In this document: one piece after another, positions 17,816 through 27,293 of the stretch
How the letters are laid out: each line of letters begins with the position of its first letter
How positions within the stretch are numbered: the stretch's first letter is position 1
Translations under genes and position numbers: made by a program
NCBI GenBank assembly: GCA_043751595.1
Contig: JAYUZR010000035.1
Coordinates: 2,534-66,533 of the forward strand
Length of the DNA: 64,000 bases
DNA from: Candidatus Berkelbacteria bacterium
GTDB lineage: Bacteria > Patescibacteriota > UBA1384 > CAILIB01
Direction: 5' to 3'
The notes under the pieces: generated by a model
Databases searched by the model: none
What the model saw: the letters and a program-made list of their open reading frames with translations, nothing else
Told to the model about the DNA's origin: nothing

Positions 17816-19496
17816 ACGCATTCAAGCTAACACCAGCTGACACCTCTAACGTAAGCTCATAATTCTGGGTAAACGAAGGCTGGGCCACTAATCGATAGAG
17901 GCGAGATTCGTTAAAAGTAACCATCCCATCTTTCACATCACTCCCTGCCTTATCAGCCGGAATTGGCTTTCCATCCAGCAATACCCGCACGGCAACCGGA
18001 GAAGAGGCAGCGCCAACCACATACGCCTCTTTGGAAGAAATCCTGAACCTAAGCTTACTATTGGTTACAGAGGCAATCTTCTCACTATCTACCTTCCAAG
18101 TGCCTTCAAGTGCCCACTGATCTGGGTAGAGTTTATCCGGAAAAGCAAAGGTATTTTCATCCTTAGCTCCCAGTGGTGGAGTTCCAGCAAAGTCGCTGGC
18201 GCGCTTTAAGCCCAAATACGTTTCGGGAGTCTGGTTAGCGCTAATGGGCGTGGTAGCATCTTCCTCAACCGTAGTATCAGAAAGGGTAGCACCAGCTTCC
18301 ACCAACAATCCGCGAATGGCCTGCTCACTTTCCTTGTATTCACCCTCTCCATAGTGCACACGGCGGATCATACCTTTAGCATCAATAAGATATCCTGCTG
18401 GCCAGTACTGATTCTTAAACGCACTCCAGGTTGCAAAGTCATTATCAAGCGCAACAGGGTAGGTAATCCCCTGGTCTTTTACCCCCTTCTCTACGTTGGC
18501 CGCCACCTTCTCAAGGGCAAACTCTGGTGCGTGCACACCAATAATAACCAAGCCTTTATCTGAGTATGCTTTATATAATCCCTCTAGATGTGGATTGTTT
18601 CGGATGCAGTTAATGCAGGTGTAGGTCCAGAAATCGACAAGCACTACCTTACCGCGTAACTCTTGTAGGGTAAGGGGCTTACTATTAATCCAGTTGGTAA
18701 GACCAATAAGCTCGGGAGCCGCCTGCGGAGTAATGTTATACACCTTTCCCTTAGCAATAGGGGGCTGAGTACTGGGAATAAGCTTGGCCGAAAGAGCATC
18801 AAAATTGAAAGGGGTATGGACCGAAACCCAGGTCTGCACCTTTTTATCGTAGCCAGTCACAATAAGAAGTCCGACAATAATAAAGATAACGGCCAAGGTG
18901 CGCTGGAACCAACCACCTGGGTTAGCCGCAAACTTTAACCTGGAAATTAAGGCCCGACCATAGTGACTAATGAGCAGCAAGATGCTGCTCAAGCCAATAA
19001 TATAGGCCGCCATATAGGCCAGCGCCTCGCCAAAACTTACCGGAAGTACGGTTGCCAGGATATAGACATAGAGCGGGCTGCAGCTAGAAAAAACTGGACC
19101 CAGTGCCGCACCCATAATAATGGGACCAAGAAGCGATTGCTTACTATCAGCTCCCTTGTTAAGCGCCTCCTGAGCCTTAGTTTCAATCCCTAATCGGTAC
19201 ATTAAGGTGCTGTAAGCAAGGGGGAAGAAGGTAACAATACCCAGGGCGATGATCAGACCACCAGAAATACTAGTTAACACAACCGGTGGAACCGCAATAA
19301 ATAAGGTAGTTGCCTTAAGTAAAAGGGTGAATAAAGCGAGAGAAACAGCCAGCGAAGCAATGATCACCAACGGTCGTCGCTTATCACTGGCAGAACCCGT
19401 CACCGATCCCCCAATAATTACCGGGAGTAGGGGAAGGACACAGGGAGCAAGTACGGTGAGGATACCGGCCAAGAATGAACCTAAAAGAAGTAGCAT
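17799..19496 (-). CDS. dipZ: DipZ-like CcdA-thioredoxin fusion
   Basis: TM domain with PCVLP and SSCSP, thioredoxin WTYTCINC, HAPEF, TPETYLG, C-terminal AFTFG. Confidence 0.9.
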   Translation of the reverse strand: MLLLLGSFLAGILTVLAPCVLPLLPVIIGGSVTGSASDKRRPLVIIASLAVSLALFTLLLKATTLFIAVPPVVLTSISGGLIIALGIVTFFPLAYSTLMYRLGIETKAQEALNKGADSKQSLLGPIIMGAALGPVFSSCSPLYVYILATVLPVSFGEALAYMAAYIIGLSSILLLISHYGRALISRLKFAANPGGWFQRTLAVIFIIVGLLIVTGYDKKVQTWVSVHTPFNFDALSAKLIPSTQPPIAKGKVYNITPQAAPELIGLTNWINSKPLTLQELRGKVVLVDFWTYTCINCIRNNPHLEGLYKAYSDKGLVIIGVHAPEFALEKVAANVEKGVKDQGITYPVALDNDFATWSAFKNQYWPAGYLIDAKGMIRRVHYGEGEYKESEQAIRGLLVEAGATLSDTTVEEDATTPISANQTPETYLGLKRASDFAGTPPLGAKDENTFAFPDKLYPDQWALEGTWKVDSEKIASVTNSKLRFRISSKEAYVVGAASSPVAVRVLLDGKPIPADKAGSDVKDGMVTFNESRLYRLVAQPSFTQNYELTLEVSAGVSLNAFTFGG

Positions 19497-19588
19497 AATG
19501 ATTTCCTAATCTAGTGAATCCTATTTCTCTGCCACCGGGGAGGGAGTAGAGAAATAGGCTGGAACCGAAGCTCCAGCCCAGTATATGC

Positions 19589-20233
19589 CTACTGAGGCAT
19601 AAGTACGCTCTCGATAACGTGAGTTACTCCGTTGCTGGAGATAACATCAGATGTCTCGATCGCTGCAGTCTGACCAGTAACATCCTTGATCATCAGCATG
19701 CCGTTTTCCATAACAGGCATCAGCTTAGCACCTTGAACAGTGGTAAGAGATTCACCCTTGGTAGCCATCACGCGAAGTGCTGCCGTGGTGTAGGTACCAG
19801 GAACTACGTGGTAGGTAAGAATGCCGGTAAGAGTAGCCTTGTTTTCTGGCTTCTGAACCGCCTCTACGGTTGCGGTAGGAAGCTTAGCAAACGCTGCGTT
19901 GTTAGGAGCAAAGACAGTAAAAGGACCAGCGCTCTTGAGCGTATCAACAAGGCCAGCAAGCTTAACAAGACTTACTACGGTAGTAACGTTGCTCGCGTTT
20001 ACTGCGTTATCAACGATATCCTTGGTCATTACCATCTTAGCACCACCAACGGTTACGCCGTCGGTATCAGACATCATTTTAGAAGAATCTTCCATCATAG
20101 CTGTTTCGTTAGTAGGTGAGTTAGTTTGAGCGCGACTTACGCCGTACCCTACCGCCAAACCGATGATCAGACTGATCACCACTCCTACAATTGTCATAGT
20201 CATGGCGCTGTTTGAGCGTTCGTATTCCTGCAT
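19589..20233 (-). CDS. fasciclin (FAS1) domain protein, MPT70/83-like
   Basis: GPFTVFAPNNAAF, ILTYHVV, NGVTHVIESVLMP; N-terminal TM helix. Confidence 0.92.
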   Translation of the reverse strand: MQEYERSNSAMTMTIVGVVISLIIGLAVGYGVSRAQTNSPTNETAMMEDSSKMMSDTDGVTVGGAKMVMTKDIVDNAVNASNVTTVVSLVKLAGLVDTLKSAGPFTVFAPNNAAFAKLPTATVEAVQKPENKATLTGILTYHVVPGTYTTAALRVMATKGESLTTVQGAKLMPVMENGMLMIKDVTGQTAAIETSDVISSNGVTHVIESVLMPQ

Positions 20234-20268
20234 AGAATGTCTTTCGTTATTAGTTGGTAAGGTAATTA

Positions 20269-20312
20269 GTTTACTATGCAAAGTAAACGTAAAATGATAG
20301 TAATGATACTAT
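20269..20312. promoter_or_regulatory. two inverted repeats in the divergent fasciclin/marR promoter (candidate MarR operators)
   Basis: GTTTACT-N6-AGTAAAC (20269-20288) and ATAGTA-N4-TACTAT (20297-20312), the latter overlapping the marR -10. Confidence 0.45.
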
Positions 20313-20318
20313 TACAGC

Positions 20319-20780
20319 ATGTCAACAACTGAGCCATCGTCGTTTTCGCTTTCCGAAATAACCACCTACCAAGCCGGGGTGGCTCAATCTGCGGTGCACC
20401 GCCTCCTACAGAAGGTATGTGACGATTACCTACAGCGCTATGGGATTAGCAAAATGCACTGGCTGATTATCGGCACCGTGCTCGATGCTGGCGAAGAAGG
20501 AATGCGCCTCACCGAGCTTGCTGAGAAGATGCAGACGGGTATGCCCTACCTCACCACAACCATTAATTTGCTGGAATCTAAAGGAATGCTTAATCGGGTA
20601 GTCAGTGAGCACGATGCCCGCGCCAAGGCAGTTACCGTAAGCAAGAGCTTTGCTAAAAAATGCCCCGAGATTGAACTGGAGCTGAGAAAGCGCCTACGCG
20701 AAACGGTATACGCCAAGGTATCTACCCAAGATTTTACTACCTACATGCGCGTACTCTACTCGCTGCGCGAGGTAGATTAA
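20319..20780 (+). CDS. MarR family transcriptional regulator
   Basis: LTELAE..., LESKGMLNR...DARAKAV winged helix. Confidence 0.88.
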   Translation: MSTTEPSSFSLSEITTYQAGVAQSAVHRLLQKVCDDYLQRYGISKMHWLIIGTVLDAGEEGMRLTELAEKMQTGMPYLTTTINLLESKGMLNRVVSEHDARAKAVTVSKSFAKKCPEIELELRKRLRETVYAKVSTQDFTTYMRVLYSLREVD

Positions 20781-21865
20781 TCGCTTAGTTTTTGGGTAAT
20801 GAGTAGGCCGTTATCCAGCGGCAGTAGTTTTGAGCGGACTCGCTTATCCAACAGAGAACCTGGAGGGTTATCGCCTAGTACTTTATCTAGGTAGGGCTGC
20901 ATCAGGTGGCCGTAATCAAGTACATTATCGGCGATAATAAAGCCCCCTACTTTAAGGCGCGGCAGGATTAGATCAAAGTAGTGCGTATAATTTTCTTTAT
21001 CGGCGTCCATAAATACAAGGTCGTAGGTGCCTGAATCTTGCTGAAGAATATCAAGGGCATTCCCCTCTCTCTGAGTAATCGAGGTAATTTCCGCTTCAGC
21101 GAATACCTTCTGTGAAATGGAAATCTTTTTGGCCAAGCGCTCGATTGTCATAATCTGACCACCCGTATACGCAGCACCCATGGCAAGATGAAGACCCGAG
21201 TATCCAGCCGAGGTACCAATCTCGAGAATTGAGGTACTGCCAGTTGCCATCACAAAATACCGTAAAAACTCAGCCGTCGTTTTAGGTACCGACCATAACT
21301 TTGCCTGGTCCATTCTTCCCGCCTTACTGCCTGGTGTGTACGCCCAGCCATCTTCGGAAAAGGCTAGCGATTCGGCTACTTTTTGGATTTGAGAGATATC
21401 CACTTCTTCACCAGAGGACTGAATAGGTACTTGGCCAAAACCCTTAAGCACTTCGCCTACCAAATTTTCAGCATCATTTAGATTCCACTGAGTAAGAAAA
21501 AATTGCTGATACAAGGCAACCAGTCCAGCATCTTTTTCTTCTACCAAAAATGGCTCTGGAGTCATCCCGATCTGGACAATTCGGTCATTTAAGATAATGA
21601 GGCCGACTGGCATCGTAAGCTCGCGGTACTTTAGCTTGGTATTAGTAATCTGTGCAAAGGTGCGGCTAGCCATACTCTGTACACCCGCAGAAAAGATGAG
21701 GCGATCGTCCACCCCTTGCTGAACGAAGCTAGCATGAAAGTCTTGAAAAGCCTTCTTTAGCCAACCAAGCTGATACTCGGTGAAGTAGGAAATGGTGTAA
21801 CAAAAATCGGTAGGCGCCAAGGTGCCCAAGTACGCTACAATTTCTTCCTGACCCGTAACCTTCAT
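20777..21865 (-). CDS. O-methyltransferase with N-terminal TrmB-effector-like extension
   Basis: ILEIGTSAGYSG, YDLVFMDADKENY, IIADNV; about 130-aa N-terminal domain resembling a TrmB C-terminus. Confidence 0.8.
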   Translation of the reverse strand: MKVTGQEEIVAYLGTLAPTDFCYTISYFTEYQLGWLKKAFQDFHASFVQQGVDDRLIFSAGVQSMASRTFAQITNTKLKYRELTMPVGLIILNDRIVQIGMTPEPFLVEEKDAGLVALYQQFFLTQWNLNDAENLVGEVLKGFGQVPIQSSGEEVDISQIQKVAESLAFSEDGWAYTPGSKAGRMDQAKLWSVPKTTAEFLRYFVMATGSTSILEIGTSAGYSGLHLAMGAAYTGGQIMTIERLAKKISISQKVFAEAEITSITQREGNALDILQQDSGTYDLVFMDADKENYTHYFDLILPRLKVGGFIIADNVLDYGHLMQPYLDKVLGDNPPGSLLDKRVRSKLLPLDNGLLITQKLSD

Positions 21866-21874
21866 GCTAACTAA

Positions 21875-22441
21875 TTATTCCTGATACTGGCTCTGCACCT
21901 GTTTTAAGATCTCGCTTGGATCTTCTGTGCCGAAGGTGCTGGTAAAAGTGGTGTACACGTATTGTGAGACAAAATAAAGGAGCGTAAGCGAAAAGGCGCC
22001 GGCAATAATTCCTGTTTTATCCCACTGTTTCTGGGTTTTCATAAAAGCCTCCTCACTTTCCCAAGTCTTTTTATGCCATGCGCGGCGGCGGGCAAAGAAG
22101 GCGAGTGGAATAAGCAGGGGAATAGTGTACACAAACACGCTGGCCAGAGCGCTAAAAATCATGAAGGGCCAGTCTTTCATGGCCGCGTAATACACTGGAC
22201 CATATACCAGGGCTGCCCAAGAAAACCCGCCGGGTTCAGCACCAGAAGTTTGTGCACCAGCTACCGCCCTAATTTGTGCCAAGACTTCTGGTGGGAGCTC
22301 GGAAGCTATCGGCCCTGCCTGGGTTGGGACTGCTTCTGGGACAAGATGAAGTTTTGCCCGAAGCTCTGGAGGAATGGTAGCGAGCTCTTCTGGAGAAAGA
22401 GTTACGGGTTGCGGATTGGGAGAAAGCGGTTCAGGTTGCAC
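21875..22441 (-). CDS. membrane protein (DUF2628-like)
   Basis: FSWAALVYGPVYY, RRAW..W...F...QKQW; GTG start. Confidence 0.55.
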   Translation of the reverse strand: MQPEPLSPNPQPVTLSPEELATIPPELRAKLHLVPEAVPTQAGPIASELPPEVLAQIRAVAGAQTSGAEPGGFSWAALVYGPVYYAAMKDWPFMIFSALASVFVYTIPLLIPLAFFARRRAWHKKTWESEEAFMKTQKQWDKTGIIAGAFSLTLLYFVSQYVYTTFTSTFGTEDPSEILKQVQSQYQE

Positions 22442-22464
22442 GGGATAAGTGTAGCAGAGAAAGT

Positions 22465-22806
22465 CTACACCTCTTCAATAAGGACTCTTACAAAGCTTGC
22501 CGCTTTAGCCACAAGTTTGCTCGGGGCTTTTTCAATAAACACCATTTTGCGAGCTCCGCTATCAACACTACGTACGTGAATAGGAAGTAACACTCCCTGC
22601 GTCTGACAGCCTTCTAGAGTAATTTCGTAGGGAAGGTTTTTTACCTTAGAAGTAATCGGACAAATAACCGCAAGCCCGGTATGGCGAGTAAAGACCTTGG
22701 GTGATAGCACCAGCGCCGGCCTTCTTCCGGATTGCTCATGCCCCACGCGAGGGTCGAGCAGTAGCCAGACAATATCTCCCCTCTCAGGAATGTAGAGCTC
22801 ATTCAT
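22465..22806 (-). CDS. mazF: MazF/PemK family toxin
   Basis: PERGDIVW, GHEQSGRRPALVLS, CPITS. Confidence 0.92.
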   Translation of the reverse strand: MNELYIPERGDIVWLLLDPRVGHEQSGRRPALVLSPKVFTRHTGLAVICPITSKVKNLPYEITLEGCQTQGVLLPIHVRSVDSGARKMVFIEKAPSKLVAKAASFVRVLIEEV

Positions 22807-23050
22807 AGTTTTCGGCGCCAAGATCGAGCCCCCAATCCAGTTCGCCGGCAACAAGTTCAGGCGTAACGCCCGCTAACATATCGCCAAGAGAAGGCACATC
22901 CTCCTTGAGTGGACTAAGGATAACCGAGCCCCCCTTTACCGTAATCTCGAGGCGCTGATTAAGCTGCAGGTGAGCCGCAAGGAGCACTTGCTTGGGTAGG
23001 CGAATACCGGCGCTATTACCCCAAGATTGTAGGGTTTGGATGATGGTCAT
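22799..23050 (-). CDS. mazE: MazE/AbrB family antitoxin
   Basis: WGNSAGIRLP, ELDWG..GAE; palindrome ATATGTATACATAT at the start. Confidence 0.92.
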   Translation of the reverse strand: MTIIQTLQSWGNSAGIRLPKQVLLAAHLQLNQRLEITVKGGSVILSPLKEDVPSLGDMLAGVTPELVAGELDWGLDLGAENYE

Positions 23051-23194
23051 ATGTATACATATATATACTTTTAATTGAGTGTCAAGTATGAAGAAGGCGC
23101 CCACCCTCGCAAGCACTATGGATTAGCTAGGAATACAAAAAGTCACCTCCGCCGAAATTCGGCAGAGGTGATGATATGAGTAGCGTAGGCACAC

Positions 23195-23815
23195 TTACCT
23201 TGAGTACCTTACAACTTTTAGAAAAAGGGGCTCTCCGGTGATTGCCGACGTACCAACCTGACCACTGAAAAGGTCTTCCGCCTGCCAGCTTGCCATACTA
23301 GCCTTAACCAAGGGAGTATGATCAAACAATTCAATCCCTTTCAGCGAAACCTGCTCGATGTAGTCCGTATCGAACAGGTCAAGGCTAATGACAGCTTCAT
23401 TCGCCCCTGAAGACTGAACAATAGCCAACACTTCCGCTACGCTCTCTGGTTGCATTTGGGCAAAAACACTTGAGAAGATAATCATGCAGGGTCCCGGACC
23501 GATAATCTTCAGCGCCTCAGCAAGTCCTTCGGGACCAGGTGTTGCCACAACCTGTTCATAAAGAGGTAATGTGATTTCGCGCGCTAGCGACAAGGGCTCG
23601 ACACCGATTCCTCGCGGAATACGCAAGGAGTGTTGAGATAGCCTACGGGGCAGACTACCGATGAGACACCCGTAATCGATGAAGGGTAGCTGCAGCTCTC
23701 CTACTAAGCCGCAAACAGCATCCAGGTCTCTCCTCGGCATACGAAGGTAGCGCCGTAGCGCCTCCTCCGAATAGAAGTCGTTCAGACTTCCTAGTTGTTT
23801 TGTACTTTCCGACAT
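23195..23815 (-). CDS. hypothetical protein, possibly methyltransferase-like
   Basis: 206-aa ORF with GGGAGG SD; FIDYGCLIG resembles a SAM-binding motif I. Confidence 0.45.
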   Translation of the reverse strand: MSESTKQLGSLNDFYSEEALRRYLRMPRRDLDAVCGLVGELQLPFIDYGCLIGSLPRRLSQHSLRIPRGIGVEPLSLAREITLPLYEQVVATPGPEGLAEALKIIGPGPCMIIFSSVFAQMQPESVAEVLAIVQSSGANEAVISLDLFDTDYIEQVSLKGIELFDHTPLVKASMASWQAEDLFSGQVGTSAITGEPLFLKVVRYSR

Positions 23816-23929
23816 ACTACCTCCCTTTTCTTTTTCTTAGATCAGGGCGCCCAAGAAGTATCAACTACCTAGTAAGATGCTTGTTATTTACTTTTTGATT
23901 AACTGATTAAGTTATGGTATTTACATCTT

Positions 23930-24703
23930 ATGACGACAAACCTCGACAAATCTTCTTTAGCTGCCTTATCGCTATTTGAACTCCGCCCAACGGAAGAAAA
24001 GGTTTACCTAACGTGCCTTATACATGGCTCACTTAGTGCGCAAGCTATCGCTAAAATAAGCGGACTCAAGCGAACAACTGTTTATGGCTTGTGTGACTAC
24101 TTGCAACAAAAAGGGCTCCTTAAATTCTACCAACAGCGCAGTCACCGACTATTCTACGCAGAGCATCCTTCTGTTCTTGTTAAGAAAGCCCAAGAAAATG
24201 CAAGGGAAGCAGCTACCAAGGCTGCGGACTTGGAGCGCAACTTACCTGTTCTTAGTATGCTGTATCAGCGGGGAGATCATCAGCCATATGTCCAAGTCTT
24301 CACAGGACAAGAGCAGATTCGCCAAGCTGTTGAAGGAGTACTAGAGCAAAGCCCCGACGAGGTACTTTTTGTTGCAACACCCTCTATACTTGAAGATGTT
24401 TTGGGGAAAAGCCATCTCGAACGGTATTTAGACAGAAGGGTAAAGCTGAAGATTGCAACACGCGGCATTTATACAAGGGATCAATTACCAAATGAGACCT
24501 ATCTAGGAACAACTCAAAACCTTAGGGAAGTTAGAATTGCGCTGCCTGACTTTACAGCACCGACCTATACGGGAATTTATAATAATACGGTATTGCTTAT
24601 ATCTAATCAGGTAGAGGCTACCGCTGTGCGCATTACCTCTAAAGCCTATGCCGACACAGTGAGGAGTTGGTTTGAAGTCTTATGGAAGAGTCTTGAGCAA
24701 TAG
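23930..24703 (+). CDS. TrmB family transcriptional regulator
   Basis: EEKVYL..., SGLKRTTVY..L..KGL HTH; AEHP; IYNNTV...FEVLWK. Confidence 0.88.
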   Translation: MTTNLDKSSLAALSLFELRPTEEKVYLTCLIHGSLSAQAIAKISGLKRTTVYGLCDYLQQKGLLKFYQQRSHRLFYAEHPSVLVKKAQENAREAATKAADLERNLPVLSMLYQRGDHQPYVQVFTGQEQIRQAVEGVLEQSPDEVLFVATPSILEDVLGKSHLERYLDRRVKLKIATRGIYTRDQLPNETYLGTTQNLREVRIALPDFTAPTYTGIYNNTVLLISNQVEATAVRITSKAYADTVRSWFEVLWKSLEQ

Positions 24704-24708
24704 AACAA

Positions 24709-24767
24709 CTTCGCACTGCGGCGCGCTCAACTTATATTGAGCAGAACGAACCAATGGTTTCGAGCTC
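24709..24767 (-). repeat. tRNA-downstream conserved element, copy A
   Basis: Shares GGTTCG-N-TCTGCTCAAT-N5-TTGAGCGC...GCGAAG with 35813-35868. Confidence 0.7.
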
Positions 24768-24782
24768 AGGCGGGCATAAACA

Positions 24783-24820
24783 AAAAAGAAGAGAAGAGCA
24801 GCAGCTCTTCTCTTCTTTTT
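24783..24820. terminator. terminator hairpin after tRNA-Asn
   Basis: AAAAAGAAGAGAAGAGC-AGCA-GCTCTTCTCTTCTTTTT inverted repeat. Confidence 0.8.
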
Positions 24821-24894
24821 GGCTCCCCCGGCTGGGCTCGAACCAGCGACATCCTCGTTAACAGCGAGGCGCTCTACCACTGAGCTACAGGGGA
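24820..24894 (-). tRNA. tRNA-Asn (GTT)
   Basis: Cloverleaf TCCCCTG...GGGGGAG-CCA, anticodon loop CTGTTAA. Confidence 0.95.
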
Positions 24895-24930
24895 CTAAAC
24901 GAGTGGAAAGCGAGAGCTTGCTCTCAGCTT

Positions 24931-25100
24931 TATCGCGAGCGACGTCCCCTGTATTGCGAAGCAATACACCAGGAGCCTCTACGCGTACTCTAGTTTCTCC
25001 GAACGGAGTGAACCCTGTATCGCGAAGCGATACAGGAGACACAAGACTATCGCGAGTGACGTCCCCTGTCTTGCGAAGCAAGACTAGGAGTCACAACACC
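24931..25100. repeat. three GCGAAGC-hairpin repeat units upstream of tRNA-Asn
   Basis: CCCTG-stem-GCGAAGC-stem-AGGAG units at 24931-24975, 25013-25047 and 25048-25100 with covarying stems. Confidence 0.75.
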
Positions 25101-25154
25101 TCCTAACAAACACCCTCGAACCTTAGCAAAGCTTCGCCAACAGATCAAGACCTA

Positions 25155-27293
25155 CTAATTCTGAAGGAAATGCTCCAGAACCACTCTTCGCTCAATTGAA
25201 GCTAGAAGCTCAGCTGTTTGCACCTGATTACTCTGGGAGCAAACCACACCCATCGCGCCAGCAGAAATTGCAGCCTGTACCAAGGCAGGATCAGGGTCAA
25301 CTCCTTCAAATAAAATATAGGCCGGGACACCATATGCATCCGCCAAACTAATGGCCTCAGAAACTTGTCCAGCCAAAAGTACCGGATAATGGACATACTT
25401 AGTCATCCCTCCGTGCTCTCTATCTATACCAAGCATCAGCTCTGCCAAGGCAGGAAGATCCAGGTACACGCCATCAATCCCGTGCTCAAGCATTGTCTCC
25501 AGCTCATGCAGGGCCGCTGGCGTTTCAATCCGTACCCAAATCGGAAGTTCCGCGTAGGCGCGTAGTCGTGTATGCAAAGCAATCGCTTCTTTAGCATGGC
25601 GGATCATTGGCAGAACGGCTGCCACCCGGCCATCTCCCAACTGTTTTACCATCTCCTTTAGGATAGCAACCTCGGCCTCAAGCAACTCCGGTTCATGTAA
25701 TAACCGATGCGCTCCCCTATTACCCATCGTCGGATTAATCTCGTGGCGCATCGCGCCGCGGGTGTGCAACAGCTTGTGACTATGCAAATCGTGCAACTGA
25801 TACTGCACCTGAGGCACCCCAGCCGCTAGCTCTACCATTTGATTAGCAACTAGCTGCTGATATTCCTCGGCCCGCTTTCCGGCCAATAACCGCTCAGGGT
25901 GATCACGCAAAACAGCCGCAACAGATTCTGGGCGAAGCAAGATTTGAGAAGGTGCTACAGCAGCAGGCGCATACAACAGTGCATCATCAACCAAGACCGC
26001 CACATTGGAGATGGGATGAGAGGCTGCCGTACCCGTTGAGCCGGTTTGCAAAAGCTGAGGATGCACTCCGTGAAGCACCTGTCCTTGCAGAGCATCCAAG
26101 GTAACCATCTCAGACTGCTTAAAATCAGCTAGACCGGTCACACCACCTAAAAGTGGTATATGATGGCGCTTTGCGCTTACACGCACCTGCTGCGAAGCGT
26201 GAGCAGAAACAATGCCGGCACACATCGGTAGCTTACCCATGCGAGTAGATAGGTGCTGAACAAAGACAATATGCTCGGGACGAACCTTGCGCCAATCATG
26301 CGGACGATGCACATGAAAGACTGGGCCTATTGCAAATCCCATGTGCAGTACCTCGCCTGGAGTACCCTGAAGCATGGCCGGCACCAAAGCATGCTCATAA
26401 GCATCTACACCAACCAGCTGCATGCCGGTATCAGTCCAGATCCATCTTGCAACTACCTCATCACTAAATTGCTGCTGAATTGCACGGCCGGCGCGCGCAA
26501 GCATTACTGCTTGCTCATCGGTGATAGTAGAGAAGCTACTGGTGAGTTTTTTAGGAGAATGATGTACACCCGATTGATCAGCTGCCACCCAATGACGCTC
26601 AAGTTTACGATCTAGCAAAATCAGGCGCTTAGCGTCGAACCGATAGGTATCATCTTGGGCAAACCCCTGCATACCAGGGCGGGCGGTAACCGTAAGTACG
26701 GTGGCATCATGAGTACGGGTATCCATCTGGATAACCTCGCCACTCATGGCAGCCTTGGGGTAGTACTGCACCAAGATTGGGGCAGGGTGCGGTGCAATCT
26801 GATTATCTTTAACTAGTCTTGCGTATACCCGAGTATCTGTAAGCTGCAGACTAAGTAAATCGAGGATAAAGGGGAGAAGCGGCTGATCTTTTCCTAGCAC
26901 AATACTAAGCTCATCCCCTGCACAGGAAAGCTTAAGTGGAAGATCGGTAACCAACATTTGCTCTCGCAGATCGGTGACCATGGCCTCTAGCGCAGTAATG
27001 GTCCTATTAGCAGGTTTAGCCTCGCGCAAGCGCATCCGCAGCTCAGCCGCAAGCAATGGAATCTGCTCAGGTGAGCGGTGATGCAGGTGTGTGCCTACAT
27101 CCTTAAGCGCACGCTTAACGCCAGCATCTTCCCAGATACTAGCCGCAACCAGAGTGGATAAAGCAAAACCAGGCAAAAGCGGAACACCACTACGATGCGC
27201 CCTCGCCAAGCGTGCTACCGCGGCGCCAAAAAGTGGGGCATCAGTTTCTTCATCAATCAGAGAGACCCACTTGGCGGTACGGCTGAAATCCAT
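25155..27293 (-). CDS. degenerate PEP synthase/PEP-utilising enzyme homolog
   Basis: PpsA domain order (VPLLPGF, VTLDALQGQV, EINPTMGNRG, IETPAA, LMLGIDR), but the TSHAA phospho-His motif is not recognisable. Confidence 0.65.
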   Translation of the reverse strand: MDFSRTAKWVSLIDEETDAPLFGAAVARLARAHRSGVPLLPGFALSTLVAASIWEDAGVKRALKDVGTHLHHRSPEQIPLLAAELRMRLREAKPANRTITALEAMVTDLREQMLVTDLPLKLSCAGDELSIVLGKDQPLLPFILDLLSLQLTDTRVYARLVKDNQIAPHPAPILVQYYPKAAMSGEVIQMDTRTHDATVLTVTARPGMQGFAQDDTYRFDAKRLILLDRKLERHWVAADQSGVHHSPKKLTSSFSTITDEQAVMLARAGRAIQQQFSDEVVARWIWTDTGMQLVGVDAYEHALVPAMLQGTPGEVLHMGFAIGPVFHVHRPHDWRKVRPEHIVFVQHLSTRMGKLPMCAGIVSAHASQQVRVSAKRHHIPLLGGVTGLADFKQSEMVTLDALQGQVLHGVHPQLLQTGSTGTAASHPISNVAVLVDDALLYAPAAVAPSQILLRPESVAAVLRDHPERLLAGKRAEEYQQLVANQMVELAAGVPQVQYQLHDLHSHKLLHTRGAMRHEINPTMGNRGAHRLLHEPELLEAEVAILKEMVKQLGDGRVAAVLPMIRHAKEAIALHTRLRAYAELPIWVRIETPAALHELETMLEHGIDGVYLDLPALAELMLGIDREHGGMTKYVHYPVLLAGQVSEAISLADAYGVPAYILFEGVDPDPALVQAAISAGAMGVVCSQSNQVQTAELLASIERRVVLEHFLQN

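Noticed and set aside
12620-24820. att-bounded genomic island or prophage ending at tRNA-Asn
   Set aside because: No integrase, phage genes or direct repeat of the tRNA 3' end found by eye
24931-25100. Possible mini CRISPR array
   Set aside because: Units differ in their stems, spacing is irregular, there are no spacer-like intervals and no cas genes; better explained as a hairpin repeat family
24680-25106. ORFs 24680-25081 (-) and 24819-25106 (+) with repeated peptides
   Set aside because: They overlap tRNA-Asn and the palindromic repeats; translation artefacts
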